Positions 51,584 through 64,000 of a DNA stretch of 64,000 nt are shown in pieces (the first letter of the stretch is position 1; the number at the start of each line of letters is the position of its first letter). Below the pieces are notes generated by a model. That model did not search any database and was not told the origin of the DNA. It saw nothing but the letters and a program-made list of their open reading frames with translations. The translations under genes were made by a program, and so were the position numbers. The stretch lies in assembly GCA_949358305.1 (NCBI GenBank), contig OX442314.1, positions 8,742,001 to 8,806,000 on the forward strand, given 5' to 3'. The DNA comes from Strigamia acuminata (Eukaryota).

Positions 51584-54500
51584 TCACACAAAATACATTC
51601 GGGAGGCGTCATCGTGAAGCAGCACCGCCTTCGTCATTTGCTGGATGAGATGCTCGAGTTCCAAACCCGTATTATCCAGTCTACAAACATGAAAAAATAA
51701 AAAAATAAAAATAAAATTGACAATTTAATCCGATTTATTCCACACACTTTTCCTGAAGAAGTTCCAAATGCTTCCTCGCCCTGAACGCAGCCAAATGCGC
51801 GTAATACGCCGGCGCCGGGATGGAAACAGCTCGCGAACAACGAACGTACGTGTGGCACAATTCGTACGTCAACTGGTGCAAATCGTCCGCACTAAAATAA
51901 CTGTCATCCCACAACACGTGATAATGCGCCGGCCGACTCGTCCCCTGGAAAAAAACACGAATTAATTTAATTTAACTTAATTTAATTTAATTCAATTCAC
52001 TTGAATTCCTTGATGGCTGCACAGAAAAAAGTCGTTTTCGCTCGGATGGACGATGGCCGTGTCGACCACGGTGCCCGGCGGAACGTTCTTGCTTCTGCCG
52101 ACGGCGTCGCCCAAATTCTCGCAGAAGAGGCGCGTGTGGTGGCGCTTTTGGACGACCAAAAAGGTGATGGACGGCTGGTAAGCTCGCTCCAGAGAGGTGC
52201 ACGCGGCTCTGATGGCCAACAACTCGTTGCGCAGCACCTCGTAAAACTGTCCTTCGCCCACCCCGTCGCGGTAGAAAATTATTCGCGCCGGTTTGAAGTT
52301 GGTGGCGCGCTTAAACTCGATCAACAATTCGCGCACTTTGTCTTTCAGAGTGCAAATCACTTCCTTGCGGGTGTCTTGCACGCAGATTTTCGCTAAATAT
52401 CGTTGCGCGTGTTGGTCCATACTCCCCACAACCTAAAATTTAAAAAAATTTAAAAAATTGGATAGAAATTTATTTAAAAAAGACCATACGGCAGCAATTG
52501 ATGGTCGTTTGGTTTCTCCCGGAGCCGGATGAGTGACGTCAGCGCCCAAAATGATGACCGGTGCTTGAAAAACCGAAGATCTGCAATTTATTTTTCCACT
52601 AAGTCGTTAATTCACATTCTAAATCGTTTTCAACCTCGGATATGTTCGATTCGGGCTCAAAATGCTGCTGGTTTTGCCCATTTTGGCGTTGATTTTCAGC
52701 AACAGATTAATCAAAGTGGCGCGATTGCATTTCTTTTCGATCGTGTTGGTCAGGATGCATTGAGTCGTCACGCCGAGCATAATGTCTCCGTTTCTTTTCA
52801 CTTCCCCTGTTGGTAAAATTAATTAATTACATTAAATTTTAATCACCAACTTTTTCTACCATAAAAGGGCATGTTGGCGAAGGGCAGAACAACCACGACC
52901 AACTGTAGCTTCTTCCACGCTGCAAACTCGCTGGTCACGTCACCTCGCGGCGCAAATCGTTTGTTGAACACCGGAGCCGCCATGGAAACACCGATTTCGC
53001 GACCCGTTTTAACCAGTTCTTTCCAAAACCGCCTGCACATAAAGGTGTAATAATAATAATAATACATCCACAATTTTTATTTTTAATTCTCTTTTTTACT
53101 CGATTTGGTCCGGCCTCGTTCGGCAGTCCGCATGAACGATTATGCCCCACGCTTTGATGGAGGCGCCCTCGTACAATTGAGATCCGTTCAGATCCCACAC
53201 GCCATCTCGCGGTCGTATCTAATAAGTAAGTAAATAAATAAAAATACAATCGACTTAGATTGGTTGCTAATACTTCTTTGTCGTCATTTAATTGGACGAG
53301 GGGTGGCGGCAACACTCGACCCGTGACACGCATCATTTCCGTCACGACGGAAATGCCGAATGCTTGCACGTTAGAATCTTCATTCAAGTTTGCCGCTTTA
53401 AGCTGTGCAAATGATAAATTAATTTCTTTCAATCTGTAGGAATATGAAATATACAATTCTACCAATTTCATAATTTCGTCCCGTCGTTCGGGAGCGGGAA
53501 GCGCCGTTTTCTGAAATTCATTTCGAAAAATTACAAAAATTGGATTTAAAATTTATATTTAAATTTTTCTACCCGGATCATGTTTGACGTTTGTATATCG
53601 GTCAGTTTCTTCGACAGTTGTCCGGCCAAAATGGTGCAAACCTGAAAATGTGATTTATTCCATTTATTTCACATAAAATTTGATATTTCAATCAATTACC
53701 TCCATCGGAAGAAACGTGTTCTTTTCGGCAGGTTGAGCCTGGAGAGTCGGCAAGCCGGCGTGTCTAATCGCAAATAAATTCTAAATATCGTAATTCTAAC
53801 CACTAAACAAATCGATTTATTACCGTAATCTGTAATTGTACGCCGTTAAAAAATACTTCTCAGTCGTATAAAAAGCCTTTTTTCCATCCTTTTCTACTTC
53901 AAAACTACAAAAACATTAATTAATCAATCAATTGTTTATTTATAATTAATTATATTTCTACCTGTGTTCCGAAGCTGGTATTCCAAGTCCAATTAGTCGA
54001 TATTTCCTGCGAGCAGACGGATTGTGGACGACTTGAATTCTCACGCCTAAAATGGTAAAAATCGAGTTCTCAATATGCCCACAGATGGCGCCGTAAAATA
54101 CATCACAAAAATATTAAGACTAACGAGCAGATTTGATCGGATTTGATAGATTTAGTTTGAAGAGGTTATCCATAAGCATAAAATTGCTGAACATATTAGT
54201 TCCTCCACTTCATCGCAAAATTTGAAACATAATACCAAATAAATTCCCCTCGGTCCCGCAAAATGGCGCATCACCAAATTCAAGATGGCGCATCACCAAA
54301 CTCAAGATGGCAGCTCTTTGTTTACCTCACGCTGGTTTACCTCTTATTTCTTTAGCGAACAATTGCCACTTCCTAGGAGGCAGCGAAGACAATTCGTCCA
54401 CGGATCTACATCGAAAAAACTCCACGGCGAAATCCAAGGCCGGCTGTGCTTTGTAAAAGCTTCGATTTGATACTGGAAAATATGAAAAATGAACGAAAAG

Positions 54501-56127
54501 AAATAAAAAGCAATAGAAGAAAGATAAAAACGAATAATACTGAATTAAAACGACTAAAAATGAATAATACTGAATTAAAACGAATAAAAATAATGAATTA
54601 AAACGAATAAAACTGAATAAAAACGACTAAAAATGAATAAAAGCCGGCATTAACCATCGAAATTCAACTGCAGCAAATCCTTCCACTTGCCGGGACGAAC
54701 ACTTTGGTAATATCCGCGCCACATTTCGGCCCCGCCGCCGAGGTCGTAACCGTGCGCTTGATCCGGGTACAAACTCCGACCAATCGAAACGTATCTGCAA
54801 ATATTGAGATGTTAAAGAAAATCTTCGATCAAGTTAAATCGTCTACTTGAGGGACGGCAAATGTCTCAATACGATGTCCAAAGCTTGAAGCGCGTGTTGC
54901 GGGACGTCCCTTATTTGGCCTTTTAAAAATCCTTCTAAATCTTTCAACGAGATTTCGCCCACTTTCTTGATCCCCACTGCAAACGTCCTTTCTTTCTCGT
55001 TGTCTTTAGCCATGTTGATGTTAAACAACATCTGCAATAACGACACGAATAGAAATAAATATAAAAATCGATTAAAAAAAAATTAATGTAAAATATCGAA
55101 TAAAACATGAAACAAACGTAAAAAATCGAATGAAAACATCAAATAAACGTAAAAACACCAAATAAACGTAAAAAATAAAATAAAAACATCCTAAAATCTA
55201 ATGTAATCCAATATAAACATAAAAATAAAATAAAAACCCCAAAAAACTGAATCTAATCCAAAATAAACATAAATAATAGAATCAAAACTCAAGATAAATG
55301 TAAAGAATAAAAAAAACCCAATCATTTTACCCCTCGGAAATCAATGCTTGGTATCTCGAGATTCGCATACAAATTCTTTTGACCGTCGAAAACGCATTTC
55401 ACACGACCAAACAGCGTCGCACAACTGCTAACAATTGCTTCTACGATTTCCCTACACACAAAAAACAAAATTAAAAATACACTAGATAAAAAAAAAATTG
55501 ATTTTTCACCGTTTAAAACCCTTATTAGCCTTCATTTCCGGTAAGATCTCAACATCATAATGATGTATCGTAGTACTCGTGTTAAAACTCACTAAAAAGT
55601 GATTGGCGGCTAACTGTATGGGCCGTCCACGTTTTCCTAAATCCTTTCGCACCGGCGGTTTCAGAAATCTGTATTTAGTCGGCGGCAGTTGCTCCGCGAG
55701 CGACATCATTTCTGGAAATTCTTGTTTCGGAACACAAACGGACGAAGAAACTTTTCGTACATCTGCTTCCAATACAATTTTCTCTTTTTCACAGTCGCCA
55801 TGTTTGCTTGGTTTCGGTACATCAACCGAGTTTTCCGAGTGGTTTGCCGCCACTTCCGGTGCTGCAACTGGACCTAATCAAACAAACAATATTTAATTTT
55901 TATCCCAATGATTTAAAAATTGAAATAAATGAATAAATAAATAATTTTTTTTTTAAATAAACATTGAGCGGCCATTTTTGTTACCGGCACTTGTTTAACA
56001 GCCTCAGTTGCTGCTGGATAAAAATATTTATGAAAATTATTTTGTTTTTTTAACATTTTAAATAAAATAAATTCTTACCTATTTGTTCCTGACCAGGAAC
56101 TCGCATTCGACCCCTCAAAGGTAGCAT
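51584..56127 (-). CDS. Argonaute (AGO clade), copy A
   Basis: Multi-exon N-PAZ-MID-PIWI gene: [40 protein letters not shown]...[43 protein letters not shown], ends MYFV*. Confidence 0.93.
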
Positions 56128-56829
56128 AATTGAATGTTAGTGACTAAAAAATAGACGAACAGATGATGAATTATGAGACAATGGATGTTTTTATTGTGTT
56201 CTTGCTTTTATACTCGAAATTTTAAAACTCTCGAACCGTCAATCCGAAATAAAATTTTATTAAAAATTAATGAACCGATGAATGAATAATTCATAAGAAT
56301 AAACAAAGCAAAAATAATTTATATCAAATTATCGCAAATTCGAGGGCCAATTTTTAAAATATACATTTTACAGTCGAGCAGAATAGAGTTACCTCATTTC
56401 TGATTGGCTAAAATATCGTTGGAATATGCAAATTACAAAGCCAATCAGGACTCAGTTAATTCAAAAATAAAGATCCCATAGTTTAAACAGATGGTTTATG
56501 TTTTTGATTTTTGTATTATTTGATTTATTTATTTATTATTTATTTATTTTATTAAGTGATGTTGGTTTTTGTATCTTATTACAAAATAAATGGTAATAGA
56601 GATTTCTGTACGCAAAGAATGCCAATAAAATAAACTGATTTATTCATTTAGATGTTTTGCACAAATTCATGGACTTACATGATATTTTTCATTGATTTTA
56701 TACATTTCTTTGTATAATTCAGATGAAATGTTATGAAATCTGCTGTAACTTCGCAAATGTGTCTACTATTACATCTCGTAATACACTTTTAAAACATAAA
56801 AAATACAAAAAATTAATTAATCATCCATT

Positions 56830-57354
56830 TCAATAAGGAAACGAAGCGAACGCAATTTTCGGATCGAATTCATCCAAAGCGCAAATGATTCCCAAAATCT
56901 CCGAAGGAGTCGCGCATCTTCCATCAACGCATCGCGGATACTTCTCGTCCGACTCCCGCAGCAATTTCTTCTCCAAAATTATCTTCAACTCCCACGAACC
57001 CTCGTCGAAATCGTACAAATAATGCAGCGTTTTGTTCTCGTTGTTGAGATAATTATAAATCGCCATTTTCTCCTCGTCGTACACTTCGGGGCCGTAAAAA
57101 CTCCAATTGTCCTCCATTTTGGGCGGAATGCCGATCAAGTCTTGCGTGCGCGTTTTCGAATTATTCGCCTCGAATAAGTGGAAATTGCTCTCCATCCAGT
57201 CCATCGCGTGGAGAATAGTCGTGTGCAGTTGCGCGAACGTGAAATTCGCGGGGATGTGCACACGGCGCCATATTTTCGGCTTTGTTCCCAACAAAATCAT
57301 TTTCAGTTGGAAGATTTTCTTCGTCTGTTTCGACGGAATTCCGGCCGACGACAT
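56830..57354 (-). CDS. Plasmid pRiA4b ORF-3-like (MM3350-like) protein, copy 2
   Basis: IFQLKMILLGTKPKIWRRVHIPANFTFAQLH..I..AMDW...FHLF; YLYDFDEGSWELKIILEK; YPRCVDGRCATPSE; candidate 5'-UTR GT-AG intron 57424-57368. Confidence 0.85.
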   Translation of the reverse strand: MSSAGIPSKQTKKIFQLKMILLGTKPKIWRRVHIPANFTFAQLHTTILHAMDWMESNFHLFEANNSKTRTQDLIGIPPKMEDNWSFYGPEVYDEEKMAIYNYLNNENKTLHYLYDFDEGSWELKIILEKKLLRESDEKYPRCVDGRCATPSEILGIICALDEFDPKIAFASFPY

Positions 57355-57974
57355 TGGAAATTGTTATCTGAAATGTTAAATAAAATTTTAAAATTGTTCG
57401 GTTAATGTTTTTGTGGTGATTTACCACGGGAACGGACGATTTCGTGACGAAAATGCTGATGGAAATGAAATCTGAAAATTAAATCCTCGGACTTAACATG
57501 GCGGACGTGAGTAAGCGATGCGAGCGAGTGCAAAAGAATTTATGTAAGTGTTTGAATATTTTAAATATAAATATTGTATTTTATATTTTTAATTTTTAAA
57601 TAGAAAATTTTATTTAATTTTGAATAAAGTTGTCTTGTTTTTAGAATTATCATCGTGAAATTTTAGTTCGGTATTTTGCCACGTTGGATCGGCGCTTCTG
57701 TCACACCAGTGGATTCCAGAATTGAAACGAATCTTTTGTTCTGTTCGACTAAATCCGGGATAAAAGTTTTAATTAACATTAATTTATAAGACATTAACTA
57801 ATTTTTATCGATATTTCATTTGGAGTCGACAGTTCGTCTTTATCTAGTGGTAAGTTATTTCTATTTAAAGGGAAAATTCCCCATTGCACAACTTTCGGTT
57901 TCGAATTTTGTGTATAAAAGCATTCGGCGTCATTTTTTGTGATTATCTCGCAATTTAGTCTCTAAAATTCAGTC

Positions 57975-60900
57975 ATGCCACGAAAAAAGGGTCAAAAACG
58001 AGTTACCGGTAATAAACAAGGTAAGAAATTGCCAGATTTTATTAATTTTTAAATTTTTATTGTTTAATTTTCTGTTTTTTTCGGTTTCGCAGGAGCTGAG
58101 GATGATAAACTCCCGTTCGCTGAATTGGTCGCTGCTGGTGATGCTTCGCAACAAACAACGGGTGAGGAATTATCGGGAAAACTACCCGGATCTTCGAAAA
58201 TGGCTGCTCAATGTTTGCTTCTTTATTTATTCTTTCAAGCTTTCCTTTTTTCTATTTTTATACTTCCATTTTTTAAATCACGGTGGTGAAAATTTGAAAT
58301 TATTTCTTTCAGTTGGCGCAGCTGCAGCACCGGAAGTTGAGGTAAAACTCGCGGAAAAAGCGGTTGATCCACCGAAATCGGAAAAAAATGGCGATCGAAC
58401 ACGATTAAAAAAGACAAAGGGTAAAAAAGATGGAAATGCGGTTGCACCGGATCCACAATCTGAACAGGAAGTACTCGCGGCCCAAGTACCCGAGGGGGAA
58501 ATGAGACCGGTCCGAAAGAAAAACGGTCAGAAAGACAAGATGGCGGGCGAACCGGATCTATCGAAGGTTTCGTCTTCCGCCGATGTATCGAAACAGGAAG
58601 TGCCGAGACTGATGTCACTCGCGCAGCAAGTGTCCGGTGACACCGGACTGAAGCCGCCGATAAGAAAGGATTTCGGAAAACGTGGACGGCCGATACAGTT
58701 AGCCGCCAATCACTTTTTAGTGAGTTTTAACACGAGCGCTACGATACATCATTACGATGTTGAGATCTTGCCGGAAATGAAGGCTAATAAACGTTTTAAA
58801 AGGTGGAAATTTGATGGATTTTTGATAATTGTGTTTTTAATTTTTTTTTGTGTGTGCAGGGAAATCATCGAAGCAGTTGTTGGCAATTATGCGATGGTGT
58901 TTGGTCGTGTGAAATGCGTTTTCGACGGTGAAAAGAATCTGTATGCGAATCTTGAAATACCACACATTGATTTCCGAGAGGTGAAATGATTGTTTTTTTT
59001 TTGTTTTTTATATTTATTTTGACTTTTTACTCGATTTTTTACATTTGTTTGACTTTTTATTCGATATTTTACATTTATTTGACTTTTTAATCGATTTTAT
59101 CTCTTTTTTGACTTTTCAATTCATTTTTTTGACTTTTTAATCCATTTTTTGACTTATTAATCCATTTTTTTTTTTACTTTTTAATCCATTTTTTCCACTT
59201 ATTTGACTTTTTTTATCAATTATTTTTATTTTTTTCACTTTTTAATTCATTATTTTACACTTATTTGACTTTTTAATCAATTATTTTTATTGCTTTGAGT
59301 TTTTATCGATTTTTTAAACTAATTTTTGTTTGTGTCAATATTGCAGACGTTGTTTAACATCAGCATGGATAAAGAAAACGAGAAAGAAAGGCCGTTTACT
59401 GTGGGAATCAAGAAAGTGGCCGAAATCTCGTTGAAAGATTTACAAGGATTCTTAAAAGGCCAAATAAGGGACGTCCCGCAACACGCGCTTCAAGCTTTGG
59501 ACATCGTATTGAGACATTTGCCGTCCCTCAAGTAGACGATTTATCTTCATCAAAGATTATGTTTAACATCTCGATATTTGCAGATACGTTTCGATTGGTC
59601 GGAGTTTGTACCCGGATCAGGCGCACGGTTACGACCTCGGTGGCGGGGCCGAAATGTGGCGCGGATATTACCAAAGTGTTCGTCCCGGCAAGTGGAAGGA
59701 TTTGCTGCAGTTGAATTTAGACGGTTAATGTCATTTTTTATTCCTTTTTATTCCTTTTTAATTTTTGTCTGCATTTTTAATATAGTTTTTACTCGTTTTT
59801 ATTCGTTTTTCACTCGTTTTTATTCATTTTCACTCGTTTTTATCCATTTTTACTCGTTTTCATCTCTTTTTACTCATTTTTATTCGTTTTTTACACGGGT
59901 TTTTTTCTCTTTTTTCATTTTCCAGTATCAAATCGAAGCTTTTACAAAGCACAACCCGCCTTGGATTTTGCCGTGGAATTTTTCCGATGTAGAAATGTGG
60001 ATGAATTGTATTCGCAGCCTCCCAGGAAGTGGCAATCGCTCGCTAAAGAACTCAAGGGTAAATGAATGGCGGCCATTTTGATTTTGGGGATGCGCCATCT
60101 TGAGGAAGCCGCTCATTTGAGAACTCTATTTGATCATTTCAGGCGTGAGAATTCAAGTCGTCCACAATCCGTCTGCTCGTAGGAAATATCGACTAATAGG
60201 ACTTGGAAAACCAGCTTCGGAACACAGGTAGAAATTTAATTAATTATAAATAAACAATTGATTCATTAGTTAATGTTTTTGTAGCTTTGAAGTTGAAAAG
60301 GATGGGAAAAAGGCTTTTTATACGACCGAGAAGTATTTTTTAACGGCGTACAATTACAGATTACGGTAATAAATCGATTTGTTTAGTGGTTAGAATTACG
60401 ATATTTAGAATTTATTTGCGATTAGACACGCCGGCTTGCCGACTCTCCAGGCTCAACCTGCCGAAAAGAACACGTTTCTTCCGATGGAAGTAATTGATTG
60501 AAATCATCAAATTTTAAGTGAAATAAATGGAATAAATCACATTTTCAGGTTTGCACCATTTTGGCCGGACAGCAGTCGAAGAAACTGACAGATTTGCAAA
60601 CGTCAAATATGATCCGGGTAGAAAAAATTAAATGTAAAATTTAAATCCAATTTTTGTAATTTATCAAAATGACTTTCAGAAAACGGCGCTACCCGCTCCC
60701 GAACGACGAGACGAAATTATGAAATTGGTAGAATTGTAAATTTAATCTCTAAGAATTGAAAGAAATTAATTGAGTGTGTGCACAGGTAAAAGCGGCCAAT
60801 TTGAATCAAGACTCGTTCGTGCAAGGATTCGGCATTTCCATCGTGACGGAAATGATGCGTGTTACGGGCCGAGTGTTGCCGCCACCCCTCGTCCTACTGA

Positions 60901-62588
60901 AAGACAACAAAGAAGTATTAACAACGAGCCTAAATCGATTCTATTTATTTATTTACTTATTAGATACGACCGCGAGATGGCGTGTGGGATCTGACCGGAT
61001 CTCAACTGTACGACGGCGCCGTCATCAAAGCGTGGGGTTTAATCGTCCATGCGGACTGCCGAACGAGGCCGGACCAAATAGAGTAAAAAAGAAAATAAAA
61101 AATAAAAACATTATTACATCTTTATATGTGCAGGTGGTTTTGGAAAGAACTGGTTAAAACTGGAAGCGAAATCGGTGTTTCCATGGCGGCTCCGGTGTTC
61201 AATAAACGATTTGCGCCGCGCGGTGACGTGACCAGCGAGTTTGCAGCGTGGAAGAAGCTGCAGTTGGTCGTGGTTGTTCTGCCCTTCGCCAACATGCCCT
61301 TTTATGGTTGGAAAACCTTGATGTTTAAAGTATAATTGAATTGAATTGAATTTTACCAACAGGGGAAGTGAAAAGAAACGGAGACATTTTGCTCGGCGTG
61401 ACGACTCAATGCATCCTGACCAACACGATCGAAAAGAGATGCAATCGCGCCACATTGATCAACCTGTTGCTGAAAATCAACGCCAAAATGGGCAAAACCA
61501 ACAGCATTTTGAGCCCGAATCGAACATATCCGAGGTTGAAAACGATTTAGAATGTGAATTAACGACTTAGTGGTAAAATAAATTGCAGATCTTCGGTTTT
61601 TTCAACACCGGTCATCATTTTGGGCGCTGACGTCACTCATCCAGCTCCAGGAGAAACCAAACGACCATCCATTGCTGCCGTATGAGCTATAAAATGTTAT
61701 CTAAATTGTTTCCATTATTATTGTTTTAATTTCTAGGTTGTGGGGAGTATGGACCAACACGCGCAACGATACTTGGCGAAAATCTGCGTGCAAGACACCC
61801 GCAAGGAAGTGATTTGCACTCTGAAAGACAAAGTGCGCGAATTGTTGATCGAGTTTAAGCGCGCCACCAACTTCAAACCGGCGCGAATAATTTTCTACCG
61901 CGACGGGGTCGGCGAAGGACAGTTTTACGAGGTGCTGCGCAACGAGTTGTTGGCCATCAGAGCCGCGTGCACCTCTCTGGAGCGAGCTTACCAGCCGTCC
62001 ATCACCTTTTTGGTCGTCCAAAAGCGCCACCACACGCGCCTCTTCTGCGAGAATTTGGGCGACGCCGTCGGCAGAAGCAAGAACGTTCCGCCGGGCACCG
62101 TGGTCGACACGGCCATCGTCCATCCGAGCGAAAACGACTTTTTTCTCTGCAGCCATCAAGGAATTCAAGTGAATTGAATTGAAATGAATTAAATGGAGGG
62201 AATTGATTAATTTATTCTTGTTTTTTTGCAGGGGACGAGTCGGCCGACGCATTATCACGTGTTGTGGGACGACAGTGATTTCAGTGCGGACGATTTGCAC
62301 CAGTTGACGTACGAATTGTGTCACACGTACGTTCGTTGTCCGCGATCGGTTTCGATCCCGGCGCCGGCGTATTACGCGCATTTGGCGGCGTTCAGGGCTA
62401 GGAAGCACCTGGAACAACTACAGGAGAAGTGTGTGCAATTAAATTAAATTAAATTAAATTAAATTGTTTTTATTTTTTCTTTTGTTTTTAGGATGGATAA
62501 TTCGGGCGTGGAACTCGAGCATCTCATCCAGCAAATGGAGAAGGCGGTGCTGCTTCACGACGACGCCTCCCGAATGTATTTTGTGTGA
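57975..62588 (+). CDS. Argonaute (AGO clade), copy B
   Basis: Same exon structure as copy A, with a longer charged N-terminus. DEDH tetrad (GADVTH, KEVI, YRDG, YAHL) and MID Y-K-Q-K pocket intact; ends RMYFV*. Confidence 0.94.
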
Positions 62589-62904
62589 ATTGTCAAACAT
62601 TTTAGCATTAATCTTAGCTCTTTATTCATGTTAATGTTTTAAATATTGTAAAGTTTTATTCAATCCATGTCCACTCATTAAATAAGTAATTTATTTCTTT
62701 TTAATGATAGTTTATTTATTTATTCATTCGATGAAATTCGAACCGTGAACGTTACTAACTAATAAGCATTACTACGCGTTTATCTGTTTTAAGAAAGAAA
62801 TAGATGCAAATTTAATATTTGTTAGTAATAATTGTACCTACCAGCACAGACGCTTCGCTACTTTGCATACGTCGGTCTAACGTATTGATTTATGTACCTA
62901 TATA

Positions 62905-63669
62905 CAGGGTGTTTTGTTTAAGACGCCCCAGTCAATTTCCTGAATAAGTATACCGGTATGCTTTTTTAAAAACCAAGCAGACTAGCCTACAGCAAAGTAG
63001 GGATGACAAATCCAATGGTGTAATCAAATTTCATGCCAGACATGCAACAATGCACTTTTCATTTGCTAACTCGTTAGCTGGTCGAGATAGAGCAAAATTT
63101 CCAATTACAAAGTTGTAGAGCACCATCATATTAGTACTATCAAACTTATCTTAGTCACCTTAAGTTAAATTTTTTCATTTTAAAATGAAAACAAATCAGC
63201 TGAAATAAAGCCAGCCATTGTGGCAAAAATTAAATTTCTACTGCAAAAGTACTGAATTTCTTCAATAAATCTATTCAAATTTGCATTATTATGCAAGTAA
63301 ACAAGAAAAACAACTGTATTTTTTAATGCCTTAAATTATTTTATTTTCTAAGAATAAAAAATTTCAATTTGCTGATTTGTTTTCTTTTTTTAAAAAAAAA
63401 AACAGTCCTTAAGGTGACTAAGATAAGTTTGGTAGTACTAATTTGATGGTGCTCTACAACTTTGTAATTGGAAATTTTGCTCTGTCTCGACCAGCTAACG
63501 AGTTAGCGAATGAAAAGTGCATTGTTGCATGTCTAGCATGAAATTTGATTACACCATTGGATTCGTCATTTCTACTTTGCTATAATATAATATATACTCT
63601 GCTTGGTTTTTTAAAAAAGCATATACTTATTCTGGAAATTGACTGGGGCGTCGTAAATCAAACACCCTG
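62905..63669. mobile_element. Tc1/mariner-like MITE with long (~250 bp) TIRs
   Basis: TA|CAGGGTGTTT...GACGCCCCAGTCAATTTCC ... GGAAATTGACTGGGGCGTC...AAACACCCTG|TA. Confidence 0.9.
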
Positions 63670-63859
63670 TATACAAGCAAAGACATTCCATACATTCCCC
63701 CCATCTAAACATGGAGTTCACATTAATCGATCCCACACTTGAACGTGCAGCGTTGGTCAAACTCGGTGCCAGTTTGTGGAAAAGCGACTTGAATCTCTAG
63801 CAAATACTCTACGATAATCGCTTCTGCAATAAAGATGTTTTTGAAAAAGAGGTCATGAA

Positions 63860-64000
63860 AAGATCGTTGGAAGGTCGTTGGAAGGTCGTTGAAAAGTTTT
63901 TGGAAAGTCTTTGGAAGGTCGTTGGGTGATCGTTGGAAGGTTGTTGGAAGGTCATTAGGAGGTCGTTGGAAGGTCGGTGGAAGGTCATTGGAAAGTCACT
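63860..64000. repeat. 11-bp tandem repeat
   Basis: (GTCGTTGGAAG)n running off the end of the window. Confidence 0.85.

Noticed and set aside
61701..62417. 238-aa minus-strand ORF, and its counterpart 52001-52396
   Set aside because: Antisense shadows of GC-rich Argonaute exons.

Overview
AT-rich, intron-rich animal genomic DNA (invertebrate, probably arthropod; this is inference). Left third: a 15-coding-exon RasGRP gene (+, 2093-22990). Its first coding intron holds a full-length Ty3/Gypsy LTR retrotransposon (identical LTRs, 5-bp TSD) nested inside a TIR element. Middle: a spliced non-coding snoRNA-host-like gene (-) lying head-to-head with two tandem glyoxalase I genes, several Mutator-like and Tc1/mariner-like elements, an orphan tail-anchored ORF, a 3' Argonaute fragment and a stand-alone intronless Prp8 RNase H-like-domain ORF. 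Right: mitochondrial IF2 (-), an NPC2/ML-domain gene (+), and a divergent inverted pair of complete DEDH-type Argonautes interleaved with two bacterial-like pRiA4b ORF-3 genes. The most unusual content is the Argonaute / pRiA4b ORF-3 / solo Prp8-RNase H neighbourhood. Exon models were built by eye from GT-AG sites and frame continuity, and family assignments rest on remembered motifs, not database searches.
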